12,100 nt of DNA. Origin: a virus (taxonomy: Duplodnaviria > Heunggongvirae > Uroviricota > Caudoviricetes). Positions 1 through 7,018 of this stretch are shown piece by piece (within the stretch, counting starts at the first letter, position 1; each line of letters starts with the position of its first letter). A model generated the notes under the pieces. The model saw nothing but the letters and a program-made list of their open reading frames with translations, was not told where the DNA came from and did not search any database. Both the position numbers and the translations under genes were made by a program. The stretch lies in the IMG/VR virus record IMGVR_UViG_2711768031_000001; one strand, given 5' to 3'.

Positions 1-1254
1 ATGCTGGAACAAATGGGCATTGCCGCGAAGCAAGCCTCGTATAAATTAGCGCAACTCTCCAGCCGCGAAAAAAATCGCGTGCTGGAAAAAATCGCCGATG
101 AACTGGAAGCACAAAGCGAAATCATCCTCAACGCTAACGCCCAGGATGTTGCTGACGCGCGAGCCAATGGCCTTAGCGAAGCGATGCTTGACCGTCTGGC
201 ACTGACGCCCGCACGGCTGAAAGGCATTGCCGACGATGTACGTCAGGTGTGCAACCTCGCCGATCCGGTGGGGCAGGTAATCGATGGCGGCGTACTGGAC
301 AGCGGCCTGCGTCTTGAGCGTCGTCGCGTACCGCTGGGGGTTATTGGCGTGATTTATGAAGCGCGCCCGAACGTGACGGTTGATGTCGCTTCGCTGTGCC
401 TGAAAACCGGTAATGCGGTGATCCTGCGCGGTGGCAAAGAAACGTGTCGCACTAACGCTGCAACGGTGGCGGTGATTCAGGACGCCCTGAAATCCTGCGG
501 CTTACCGGCGGGTGCCGTGCAGGCGATTGATAATCCTGACCGTGCGCTGGTCAGTGAAATGCTGCGTATGGATAAATACATCGACATGCTGATCCCGCGT
601 GGTGGCGCTGGTTTGCATAAACTGTGCCGTGAACAGTCGACAATCCCGGTGATCACAGGTGGTATAGGCGTATGCCATATTTACGTTGATGAAAGTGTAG
701 AGATCGCTGAAGCATTAAAAGTGATCGTCAACGCGAAAACTCAGCGTCCGAGCACATGTAATACGGTTGAAACGTTGCTGGTGAATAAAAACATCGCCGA
801 TAGCTTCCTGCCCGCATTAAGCAAACAAATGGCGGAAAGCGGCGTGACATTACACGCAGATGCAGCTGCACTGGCGCAGTTGCAGGCAGGCCCTGCGAAG
901 GTGGTTGCTGTTAAAGCCGAAGAGTATGACGATGAGTTTCTGTCATTAGATTTGAACGTCAAAATCGTCAGCGATCTTGACGATGCCATCGCCCATATTC
1001 GTGAACACGGCACACAACACTCCGATGCGATCCTGACCCGCGATATGCGCAACGCCCAGCGTTTTGTTAACGAAGTGGATTCGTCCGCTGTTTACGTTAA
1101 CGCCTCTACGCGTTTTACCGACGGCGGCCAGTTTGGTCTGGGTGCGGAAGTGGCGGTAAGCACACAAAAACTCCACGCGCGTGGCCCAATGGGGCTGGAA
1201 GCACTGACCACTTACAAGTGGATCGGCATTGGTGATTACACCATTCGTGCGTAA
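1..1254 (+). CDS. proA: gamma-glutamyl phosphate reductase (glutamate-5-semialdehyde dehydrogenase), apparently complete
   Basis: 417-aa ORF beginning at the ATG at position 1 and ending with TAA at 1252-1254. The translation ([21 protein letters not shown] ... [15 protein letters not shown]) matches E. coli ProA as I recall it. Position immediately upstream of thrW matches the known proA-thrW arrangement. Confidence 0.95.
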
Positions 1255-1299
1255 ATAAAACCGGGTGATGCAAAAGTAGCCATTTGATTCACAAGGCCA

Positions 1300-1328
1300 T
1301 TGACGCATCGCCCGGTTAGTTTTAACCT
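1300..1328 (+). promoter_or_regulatory. candidate sigma70 promoter for thrW (-35 TTGACG at 1300-1305, 17-bp GC-rich spacer, weak -10 TAACCT at 1323-1328)
   Basis: Hexamers read directly from the sequence about 40 nt upstream of the tRNA. The -10 element is weak, so the call is tentative. Confidence 0.3.
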
Positions 1329-1368
1329 TGTCCACCGTGATTCACGTTCGTGAACATGTCCTTTCAGG

Positions 1369-1444
1369 GCCGATATAGCTCAGTTGGTAGAGCAGCGCAT
1401 TCGTAATGCGAAGGTCGTAGGTTCGACTCCTATTATCGGCACCA
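1369..1444 (+). tRNA. thrW: tRNA-Thr (anticodon CGT), 76 nt with encoded CCA
   Basis: Sequence GCCGATATAGCTCAGTTGGTAGAGCAGCGCATTCGTAATGCGAAGGTCGTAGGTTCGACTCCTATTATCGGCACCA has a 7-bp acceptor stem (GCCGATA/TATCGGC), D-loop AGCTCAGTTGGTAGAGC, anticodon loop TTCGTAATG and T-arm GGTTCGACTCC. It matches E. coli thrW as recalled. Confidence 0.95.
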
Positions 1445-1458
1445 TTTAAATCAATAAG

Positions 1459-2622
1459 TTACACATCATTAGTACCTTCCTTATTTTTTGACTGGGACAA
1501 ATTTGGGACCGATGGGTTCAGAATCGAGTCTATTTGCCGTGCGTGTTCGGTAAGGTGATTAGGCGCGAGGTGAGCATATCGACGAACCATTTCGATAGAC
1601 TCCCAGCCACCCATTTCCTGTAACACTGACAACGGGACTCCGGCTTGAACCAGCCAACTTGCCCAGGTGTGTCTCAAGTCGTGAAATCTGAAATCATCAA
1701 TACCAGCTCGTCTCAGCGCCGCTTTCCAGGCTGTGTTTGCGTCATACCGCATCTTCCTTACTGTTGGCGCTTTCGTTCCGTCTGGTTTGGTACAGCTTTC
1801 CTTGTACACAAATACCCAACGGTGATGATTCCCGATTTGTTTTTTCAAAACGCGACATGCAGTATCATTCAGCGCAACGCCGATTGCGCGGTTTGATTTA
1901 CTCTCTTCCGGGTTTATCCATGCCACCCGGCGCTGCATATCTATTTGTTGCCATTCAAGGTTGATGATGTTCGAGCGTCTTAAACCTGTTGCCAGTGCAA
2001 ATTCAACAACAGACTTTAATGGCTCCGGACATTCATCAATCAGCCTTTGTGCTTCATGGGGCTCCAGCCAGCGGATCCGTTTATTCTTTGGTTGAGGCAC
2101 TTTAATAATTGGTGCCTTATCCAGCATTTTCCATTCACGCTCTGCGGCTCTTAGTAGGGCCTTTATAAATGAAAGATGCGTAGCCTTCGTTGCAACGGAC
2201 GCTGGTTTTGGCGTGTATTCTGGAACAGGTTTCCCTTTTTTTCTGCATGCTTCTGCCCTGAGTTTCCAGTTTTCCTCATGACGCCGGTTCGTCATTTTCT
2301 GCATTGCTGAATAAATTTTTGATTCAGTAATGTCTCTTAGTTGCATTCCTGCGAAATGTTGAAGCCAGAATCCGATCCGGCTTTTGTCATCGTCCAGTGA
2401 TTTTTTATGTGCTTTCTCTTCGAGCCACCTGATACACGCCTCCTCGAACGTCATATCAGGTATTTCACCAAGTTTGCTGACCCGCCATGCTTCAGCCTTT
2501 AGCTTGTCATGGAGCTCTGTCGCCTGCCTTTTGTCCTTTGTTCCAAGAGACTGTTTAAATCTTTTACCGTTCGGCAATGTGAAACTGGCGTACCATATTT
2601 CACTTCTGCGGAAGAGTGACAT
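1459..2622 (-). CDS. int: tyrosine site-specific integrase, P22-type
   Basis: 387-aa ORF ([33 protein letters not shown] ... [11 protein letters not shown] ... RRYAHL) closely resembling the P22 integrase as recalled, including the C-terminal catalytic R/H-x-x-R/Y region. Shine-Dalgarno GAGGAAAG lies about 6 nt upstream of the ATG at 2622. The stop is 14 nt from the 3' end of thrW, the known P22 attB. Confidence 0.93.
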   Translation of the reverse strand: MSLFRRSEIWYASFTLPNGKRFKQSLGTKDKRQATELHDKLKAEAWRVSKLGEIPDMTFEEACIRWLEEKAHKKSLDDDKSRIGFWLQHFAGMQLRDITESKIYSAMQKMTNRRHEENWKLRAEACRKKGKPVPEYTPKPASVATKATHLSFIKALLRAAEREWKMLDKAPIIKVPQPKNKRIRWLEPHEAQRLIDECPEPLKSVVEFALATGLRRSNIINLEWQQIDMQRRVAWINPEESKSNRAIGVALNDTACRVLKKQIGNHHRWVFVYKESCTKPDGTKAPTVRKMRYDANTAWKAALRRAGIDDFRFHDLRHTWASWLVQAGVPLSVLQEMGGWESIEMVRRYAHLAPNHLTEHARQIDSILNPSVPNLSQSKNKEGTNDV

Positions 2623-2849
2623 TTTCTTTCCTCTGTTATGCCATCACCCGCGCTCACCTTGATAGTATGCAGCGGAGACTGAAGCGCCGCAATGCAGGCT
2701 TGTCGCGTTGTGAGGTAAGGAGATTTTGGTTTAGTGGGGTCTTTGCGTGTTGCCTGTAGGCGGCCTGTTCGTATCCAGTTGGTGGCGGTTGGTCTGGATA
2801 TCTTAAGAAACTGACAGGCCTCATCGAGTGTGAGGCTGTATGATTCCAT
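2499..2849 (-). CDS. xis: excisionase, P22 Xis-like with HTH
   Basis: ORF track gives 2499-2879 from a GTG; the first ATG at 2849 gives a 116-aa protein ([32 protein letters not shown]...). It sits immediately upstream of and overlapping int, has an excisionase-type helix-turn-helix near the N-terminus, and resembles P22 Xis as recalled. Confidence 0.8.
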   Translation of the reverse strand: MESYSLTLDEACQFLKISRPTATNWIRTGRLQATRKDPTKPKSPYLTTRQACIAALQSPLHTIKVSAGDGITEERKCHSSAEVKYGTPVSHCRTVKDLNSLLEQRTKGRRQSSMTS

Positions 2850-3099
2850 GGTTACCTCTGCTTTTTGAACGCATGTCACGTAACTTCTTAATGTGTTCTG
2901 CCGTTTCGATCTCTTCTGCTATCCGATCTGCATCAGCTTTATTCACAGGTTCAAAGTCATGATTAAAGCGGAACATGCTGGCGATACATGTTCTGCCTTT
3001 TCGGATGTAGTGAACTTTGTTGTGGGTAGAACGCAGGATTTTGCAGGGAGTGCCGTGGTGGTCGACGTACCAGGTGTTAGGAAAAATGATTCTGAACAT
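2821..3099 (-). CDS. hypothetical early-left accessory protein (92 aa)
   Basis: ORF with ATG at 3099 preceded by GAGGTG about 6 nt upstream; its stop overlaps the xis start by about 29 nt in the same transcriptional direction. No motif recognised. Confidence 0.5.
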   Translation of the reverse strand: MFRIIFPNTWYVDHHGTPCKILRSTHNKVHYIRKGRTCIASMFRFNHDFEPVNKADADRIAEEIETAEHIKKLRDMRSKSRGNHGIIQPHTR

Positions 3100-3146
3100 T
3101 TTTACACCTCAGTTGGACGATGTTGAAATTTGCTGCTTTGAGGCCA

Positions 3147-3365
3147 TCACAATCCCCATTGTTTGTTCTTAAGTTCGATCTCCTCCTGGCAACTTGCACA
3201 AGTCCGACAACCCTGAACGGCCAGGCGTCTTCGTTCATCTATGGGATCGCCACACTTACAACAATGAGTGGCAGATATAGCCTGGTGGTTCAGACGACGC
3301 ATTTTTATTGCTGTATTGCGCTGTAATTCTTCGATTTCTGATGCTGAATCAATGATGTCTGCCAT
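3147..3365 (-). CDS. TraR/DksA-family C4 zinc-finger protein (72 aa)
   Basis: Translation contains CCKCGDPIDERRRLAVQGCRTCASCQ, a CxxC-x17-CxxC arrangement typical of the DksA/TraR zinc finger, in a protein of the small phage-encoded TraR-like size. Confidence 0.7.
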   Translation of the reverse strand: MADIIDSASEIEELQRNTAIKMRRLNHQAISATHCCKCGDPIDERRRLAVQGCRTCASCQEEIELKNKQWGL

Positions 3366-3418
3366 CTTCCATTAATCCCTGAATTGTTGGTTAATACGCT
3401 TGAGGATGAATGCGAACA

Positions 3419-3443
3419 ATAAAAAAGGAGCCTGTAGCTCCCT
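3419..3443 (-). terminator. candidate intrinsic terminator on the minus strand inside the early-left operon
   Basis: On the minus strand: GGAGC-TACAG-GCTCC stem-loop (plus coordinates 3427-3441) immediately followed by TTTTTT (plus A-run 3421-3426), located between the stop of the upstream small ORF (3464) and the TraR-like gene. Confidence 0.4.
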
Positions 3444-3463
3444 GATGATTTTGCTTTTCATGT

Positions 3464-3745
3464 TCACCGTTCCTTAAAGACGCCGTTTAACATGCCGATC
3501 GCCAGGCTTAAATGAGTCGGTGTGAATCCCATCAGCGTTACCGTTTCGCGGTGCTTCTTTAGTACGCTACGGCAAATGTCATCGACGTTTTTATCCGGAA
3601 ACTGCTGTCTGGCTTTTTTGATTTCAGAATTAGCCTGACGGGCAATGCTGCGAAGGGCGTTTTCCTGCTGAGGTGTCATTGAACAAGTCCCATGTCGGCA
3701 AGCATAAGCACACAGAATATGAAGCCCGCTGCCAGAAAAATGCAT
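3464..3745 (-). CDS. hypothetical small protein; start ambiguous (ATG at 3745 or 3679; ORF track begins at TTG 3778)
   Basis: Open frame ending with a stop at 3464. The ATG at 3745 is 11 nt downstream of the methyltransferase stop; the alternative ATG at 3679 gives a 71-aa product (MTPQQENALRSIARQ...). No strong Shine-Dalgarno for either. Confidence 0.4.
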   Translation of the reverse strand: MHFSGSGLHILCAYACRHGTCSMTPQQENALRSIARQANSEIKKARQQFPDKNVDDICRSVLKKHRETVTLMGFTPTHLSLAIGMLNGVFKER

Positions 3746-3755
3746 TCCGTGGTTG

Positions 3756-4313
3756 TCATGCAGCCTCCCGACGGGCAAGAATCCTTGAGCCGAACGCCAT
3801 CAACTCTCCACGATCAACGGTCGTAAAGTGGCAGTGTGTACGGGGGTATGGGTGCCAGATAATGAGCATCGAGCCTTTATTATTTCCACTGACGGGTTTC
3901 TCAGTGAGTGGGTTAATAAATGCCAGTCGTCCTGCCGTGATGAATCTGACCTCACTGGCGGTTTGTATCGCTTCATGAAACCATCCGACAGATGTGTCAG
4001 CAGGCAATAACATTACACATCCCACACTACTGAATTTGTTTTCAGTGGCTGCCTTTTTCACAAAAGGGGAAATATTGCTGTATGGTGGATTCAACCAGAC
4101 ATAACCAGAGGCATATCCCATTGCTTCAGGCCATGAAGTGGTTAATGTGTTCTGCTCCTGTGAGATAAAAAGCCGACATAGTCGGTTTTTTTCGCTGGCG
4201 GCAGCATCAAGTTGAAAAACGAACTCTGCATTAAGCGCAGCAAAAATCTCTGGTGGTGTGCGCCAGCTGTCGCGATGTTCGGCAGGAGTATTGCTTCCGG
4301 TGAAATCAGTCAT
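3756..4313 (-). CDS. phage-type DNA N6-adenine methyltransferase (Dam-like, NPPY motif)
   Basis: 185-aa ORF with GGGGAG Shine-Dalgarno about 5 nt upstream of the ATG at 4313. It contains WLNPPYS, the catalytic (D/N)PPY motif of N6-adenine methyltransferases, and is the size of the small phage Dam family. Confidence 0.8.
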   Translation of the reverse strand: MTDFTGSNTPAEHRDSWRTPPEIFAALNAEFVFQLDAAASEKNRLCRLFISQEQNTLTTSWPEAMGYASGYVWLNPPYSNISPFVKKAATENKFSSVGCVMLLPADTSVGWFHEAIQTASEVRFITAGRLAFINPLTEKPVSGNNKGSMLIIWHPYPRTHCHFTTVDRGELMAFGSRILARREAA

Positions 4314-4354
4314 ACAGCTCCCCGTTTATTATTTATCTCCTCAGCCAGCCGCTG

Positions 4355-4468
4355 TGCTTTCAGGGGATTTCGGATAACAGAAAGGCCGGGAAATACCCAG
4401 CCTCGCTTCGTAACGGAGTAGACGAAAGTGATCGTGCCTACGCGGATATTATCGTGAGGATGTTTCAT
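4355..4468 (-). CDS. small ORF (37 aa) translationally coupled to exo; possible truncated lambda orf60a-like gene
   Basis: Hand translation gives [37 protein letters not shown]. Its ATG (4466-4468) overlaps the exo stop (4465-4467) in an ATGA arrangement. Resemblance to a lambda small ORF downstream of exo is only a vague recollection. Confidence 0.3.
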
Positions 4469-5145
4469 CGCCATTGCTCCCCAAATACAAAACCAATTTC
4501 AGCCAGTGCCTCGTCCATTTTTTCGATGAACTCCGGCACCATCTCGTCAAAACTCGCTATATACTTTTCATCCCGCTCAACCACGACATAATGCAGGCCT
4601 TCACGCTTCATACGCGGGTCATAGTTGGCAAAGTACCAGGCATCTTTTCGCGTCACCCACATGCTGTACTGCACCTGGGCCATGTAAGCCGACTTTATGG
4701 CCTCGAAACCACCGAGCCGGAACTTCATGAAATCCCGGGAGGTAAACGGGCATTTCAGCTCAAGACCATTGCCGTCACTGCATAAACCATCGGGAGAGCA
4801 GGCGGTGCGCATACTTTCGTCGCGATAGATGATCGGGGATTCAGTAACATTCACGCCGGAAGTGAATTCAAACAGGGTTCTGGCGTCGTTCTCGTACTGT
4901 TTTCCCCAGGCCAGCGCTTTAGCATTAACTTCCGGAGCCACACCGGTGCAAACCTCAGCCAGCAGGGTGTGGAAGTAGGACATTTTCATGTCAGGCCACT
5001 TCTTTCCTGAGCGGGGCTTTGCTATCACGTTGTGAACTTCTGAAGCGGTGATGACGCCGAGCCGTAATTTGTGCCATGCATCATCCCCCTGTTCGACAGC
5101 TCTCACGTCGATCCCGGTACGCTGCAGGATAATGTCCGGTGTCAT
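4465..5145 (-). CDS. exo: lambda-type 5'-3' exonuclease (Red alpha)
   Basis: 226-aa translation ([65 protein letters not shown] ... FGEQWR) is near-identical to lambda Exo as recalled. Start overlaps the bet stop. Confidence 0.95.
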   Translation of the reverse strand: MTPDIILQRTGIDVRAVEQGDDAWHKLRLGVITASEVHNVIAKPRSGKKWPDMKMSYFHTLLAEVCTGVAPEVNAKALAWGKQYENDARTLFEFTSGVNVTESPIIYRDESMRTACSPDGLCSDGNGLELKCPFTSRDFMKFRLGGFEAIKSAYMAQVQYSMWVTRKDAWYFANYDPRMKREGLHYVVVERDEKYIASFDEMVPEFIEKMDEALAEIGFVFGEQWR

Positions 5146-5927
5146 GCTGCCACCTTCTGCTCAGTGGCTTTCTGTTTCAGGAATCCAAGAGCTTTTACTG
5201 CTTCGGCCTGTGTCAGTTCTGACGATGCACGAATGTTGCGGCGAAATATCTGGGAACAGAGCGGCAATAAGTCGTCATCCCATGTTTTATCCAGGGCGAT
5301 CAGCAGAGTGTTAATCTCCTGCATGGTTTCATCGTTAACCGGAGTGATGTCGCGTTCCGGCTGACGTTCTGCAGTGTATGCGGTATTTTCGACAATGCGC
5401 TCGGCTTCATCCTTGTCATAGATACCAGCAAATCCGAAGGCCAGACGGGCACACTGAATCATGGCTTTATGACGTAACATCCGTTTGGGATGCGACTGCC
5501 ACGGCCCCGTGATTTCTCTGCCTTCGCGAGTTTTGAATGGTTCGCGGCGGCATTCATCCATCCACTCGGTAACGCAGATCGGATGATTGCGGTCTTTGCG
5601 GTAAATCCGGCATGTGCAGGATTCATTGTCCTGCTCAAAGTCCATGCCATCAAACTGCTGGTTTTCATTGATGATGCGGGACCAGCCATCAACGCCCACC
5701 ACCGGAACGATGCCATTCTGCTTATCAGGGAAGGCGTAAATTTCTTTCGTCCACGGATTAAGGCCGTACTGGTTGGCGACGATCAACAATGCGATGAACT
5801 GCGCATCGCTGGCATCACCTTTAAATGCCGTCTGGCGAAGAGTGGTGATCAGTTCCTGTGGGTCGACAGAATCCATGCCGACACGTTCAGCCAGCTTCCC
5901 TGCCAGCGTTGCGAGTGCTGTACTCAT
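5142..5927 (-). CDS. bet: lambda-type single-strand annealing protein (Red beta)
   Basis: 261-aa translation ([66 protein letters not shown]...) is near-identical to lambda Bet as recalled. Confidence 0.95.
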   Translation of the reverse strand: MSTALATLAGKLAERVGMDSVDPQELITTLRQTAFKGDASDAQFIALLIVANQYGLNPWTKEIYAFPDKQNGIVPVVGVDGWSRIINENQQFDGMDFEQDNESCTCRIYRKDRNHPICVTEWMDECRREPFKTREGREITGPWQSHPKRMLRHKAMIQCARLAFGFAGIYDKDEAERIVENTAYTAERQPERDITPVNDETMQEINTLLIALDKTWDDDLLPLCSQIFRRNIRASSELTQAEAVKALGFLKQKATEQKVAA

Positions 5928-5932
5928 CCGTT

Positions 5933-6229
5933 TTATACCTCTGAATCAATATCAACCTGGTGGTGAGCAATGGTTTCAACCATGTACCGGATGTGTTCTG
6001 CCATGCGCTCCTGAAACTCAACATCGTCATCAAACGCACGGGTAATGGCTTTTTTGCTGGCCCCGTGGCGTTGCAAATGATCGATGCATAGCGATTCAAA
6101 CAGGTGCTGGGGCAGGCCTTTTTCCATGTCGTCTGCCAGTTCTGTCTCTTTCTCTTCACGGGCGATCTGCTGGTAGTGACGCGCCCAGCTCTGAGCCTCA
6201 AGACGATCCTGAATGTAATAAGCGTTCAT
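5933..6229 (-). CDS. gam: Gam, host RecBCD inhibitor (98-aa short form)
   Basis: Translation [60 protein letters not shown] ... [10 protein letters not shown] matches the lambda GamS sequence as recalled. The upstream in-frame region has no ATG before a stop, so only the short form can be made. Confidence 0.9.
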   Translation of the reverse strand: MNAYYIQDRLEAQSWARHYQQIAREEKETELADDMEKGLPQHLFESLCIDHLQRHGASKKAITRAFDDDVEFQERMAEHIRYMVETIAHHQVDIDSEV

Positions 6230-6304
6230 GGCTGAACTCCTGAAAATGGCTGTGAAAAAATCGCCCGCGGAATGCCAGGCTGATTCGGAAAACAGGAAAG
6301 GGGA

Positions 6305-6463
6305 TTAGTGATTCAGACCGTTGCCGCGTCCGTCGAGAAAAACTTCCACGAGCAAGTCACGGGTATAAGTGCGCTCAATGCCGCGATGCAGATAAAGTCG
6401 TCCGCGTAAATTAGCTGATGCAGTCCAGGTACCATCTTTGTGTTTGACCAGCATTCCTGGCAT
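6305..6463 (-). CDS. Kil-position small protein (52 aa from ATG 6463; alternative 68 aa from ATG 6511); function not established
   Basis: Open frame ending 75 nt upstream of the gam start. ATG at 6463 is preceded by GAGGTG at 7 nt; ATG at 6511 is preceded by AGGAG at about 6 nt. The Kil assignment rests on position relative to gam only; I cannot confirm sequence similarity. Confidence 0.45.
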   Translation of the reverse strand: MPGMLVKHKDGTWTASANLRGRLYLHRGIERTYTRDLLVEVFLDGRGNGLNH

Positions 6464-6476
6464 GACCGCACCTCGA

Positions 6477-6716
6477 TTAACGGTCTGCGTTCCGTAATGT
6501 TGATGAACCATAAAAAACTCCTGCCCGTAAGCTGGGCTGCTGAACATATTGAGACTTCTGCGCGTATTCAGGCGGTGGATGGCCGCCGGTTGTCATAACT
6601 AAGTCGCCTCGTTGAAGCGACTGAGGTATGAAGTGTTGAGTTGATTTCAGCTGGTCACACCGACGTTCACGCGTCCGTTTCACCCCTCGCACTCCCCGGA
6701 GCCTGCTGAAATTCAA
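6477..6716 (-). CDS. candidate N-like antiterminator with arginine-rich N-terminus (low confidence; non-ATG start)
   Basis: First ORF downstream of the putative pL. Frame opens at TTG 6716 with possible GTG starts at 6692 and 6683, the latter 8 nt after GGGGAG. The N-terminus (RLRGVRGVKRTRERRCDQLKS) resembles the arginine-rich RNA-binding motif of lambda N (QTRRRERRAEKQAQW). Stop at 6477-6479 lies just upstream of the Kil-position ORF. Confidence 0.3.
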   Translation of the reverse strand: MNFSRLRGVRGVKRTRERRCDQLKSTQHFIPQSLQRGDLVMTTGGHPPPEYAQKSQYVQQPSLRAGVFYGSSTLRNADR

Positions 6717-6789
6717 GCTGCGGATCTAAGCGGTCATCGCAACGGTGAATCAGGTGGTTGCCGTATCGTTGTGTTGTTGCGATATGGTG

Positions 6790-6840
6790 ATAATAGCTAT
6801 TGCTATTGGTGATATCAATACTTATTGCTATTAGTTGATG
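6790..6840 (-). promoter_or_regulatory. candidate pL promoter with OL operators
   Basis: On the minus strand: -35 TTGATA (plus 6813-6818), 17-bp spacer, -10 TATTAT (plus 6790-6795). Two copies of TATTGCTATT on the plus strand (heptamer TTGCTAT at 6800-6806 and 6825-6831, 25 bp apart) mirror the same motif pair in the cI-cro intergenic region. Confidence 0.4.
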
Positions 6841-6965
6841 TGTTTTGATATTAAATGTTTGATAGCAAAAAGAATTAATTTTGTGACTTGAATCGCATAG
6901 CGATAACTGAAGCGAGGTTATGGTGGTTTTTTTAACGGTGTGTGTGATGAGGGGAGGGCAAAAGA

Positions 6966-6994
6966 AAACCCGGCACGGTGGCCGGGGGCTTTTT
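6966..6994. terminator. bidirectional intrinsic terminator downstream of the 304-aa gene
   Basis: Stem CCCGGC (6969-6974), loop ACGGTG, stem GCCGGG (6981-6986). On the minus strand the stem is followed directly by TTTTCTTTT; on the plus strand by GGCTTTTTAT. It lies 25-50 nt beyond the stop (7019) of the 304-aa ORF. Confidence 0.6.
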
Positions 6995-7018
6995 ATAGTG
7001 TGTTAGGTAAATAGAATA

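Noticed and set aside
741-1335. Minus-strand ORFs (741-1052, 946-1335) antisense to proA
   Set aside because: They lie entirely inside, or run into, the well-supported proA gene on the opposite strand and have no ribosome-binding site or recognisable product; likely chance open frames.
1645-1964. Plus-strand ORFs (1645-1896, 1737-1964) inside the integrase gene
   Set aside because: Antisense to a confidently identified integrase; translations are low-complexity with no motif.
2384-2662. Plus-strand ORF antisense to the int/xis overlap
   Set aside because: Antisense to two supported genes and lacking start context; treated as spurious.
5459-5966. ORFs 5459-5716 (minus) and 5490-5966 (plus) overlapping bet
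   Set aside because: Both are alternative-frame or antisense reads inside the near-lambda-identical bet gene.
6477-6596. cIII homolog in the overlapping small-ORF region upstream of the Kil-position gene
   Set aside because: Translations of all minus-strand frames here show nothing resembling the conserved cIII core (ESLLERITRKLR-like) as I recall it; the 39-aa MTTGGHPPPEY peptide is more simply the C-terminus of the N-like frame.
6916-6938. T7 run (GGTGGTTTTTTTAACGG) as a plus-strand terminator
   Set aside because: No convincing GC-rich stem precedes the T-run; the nearby stem-loop at 6966-6994 is the credible terminator.
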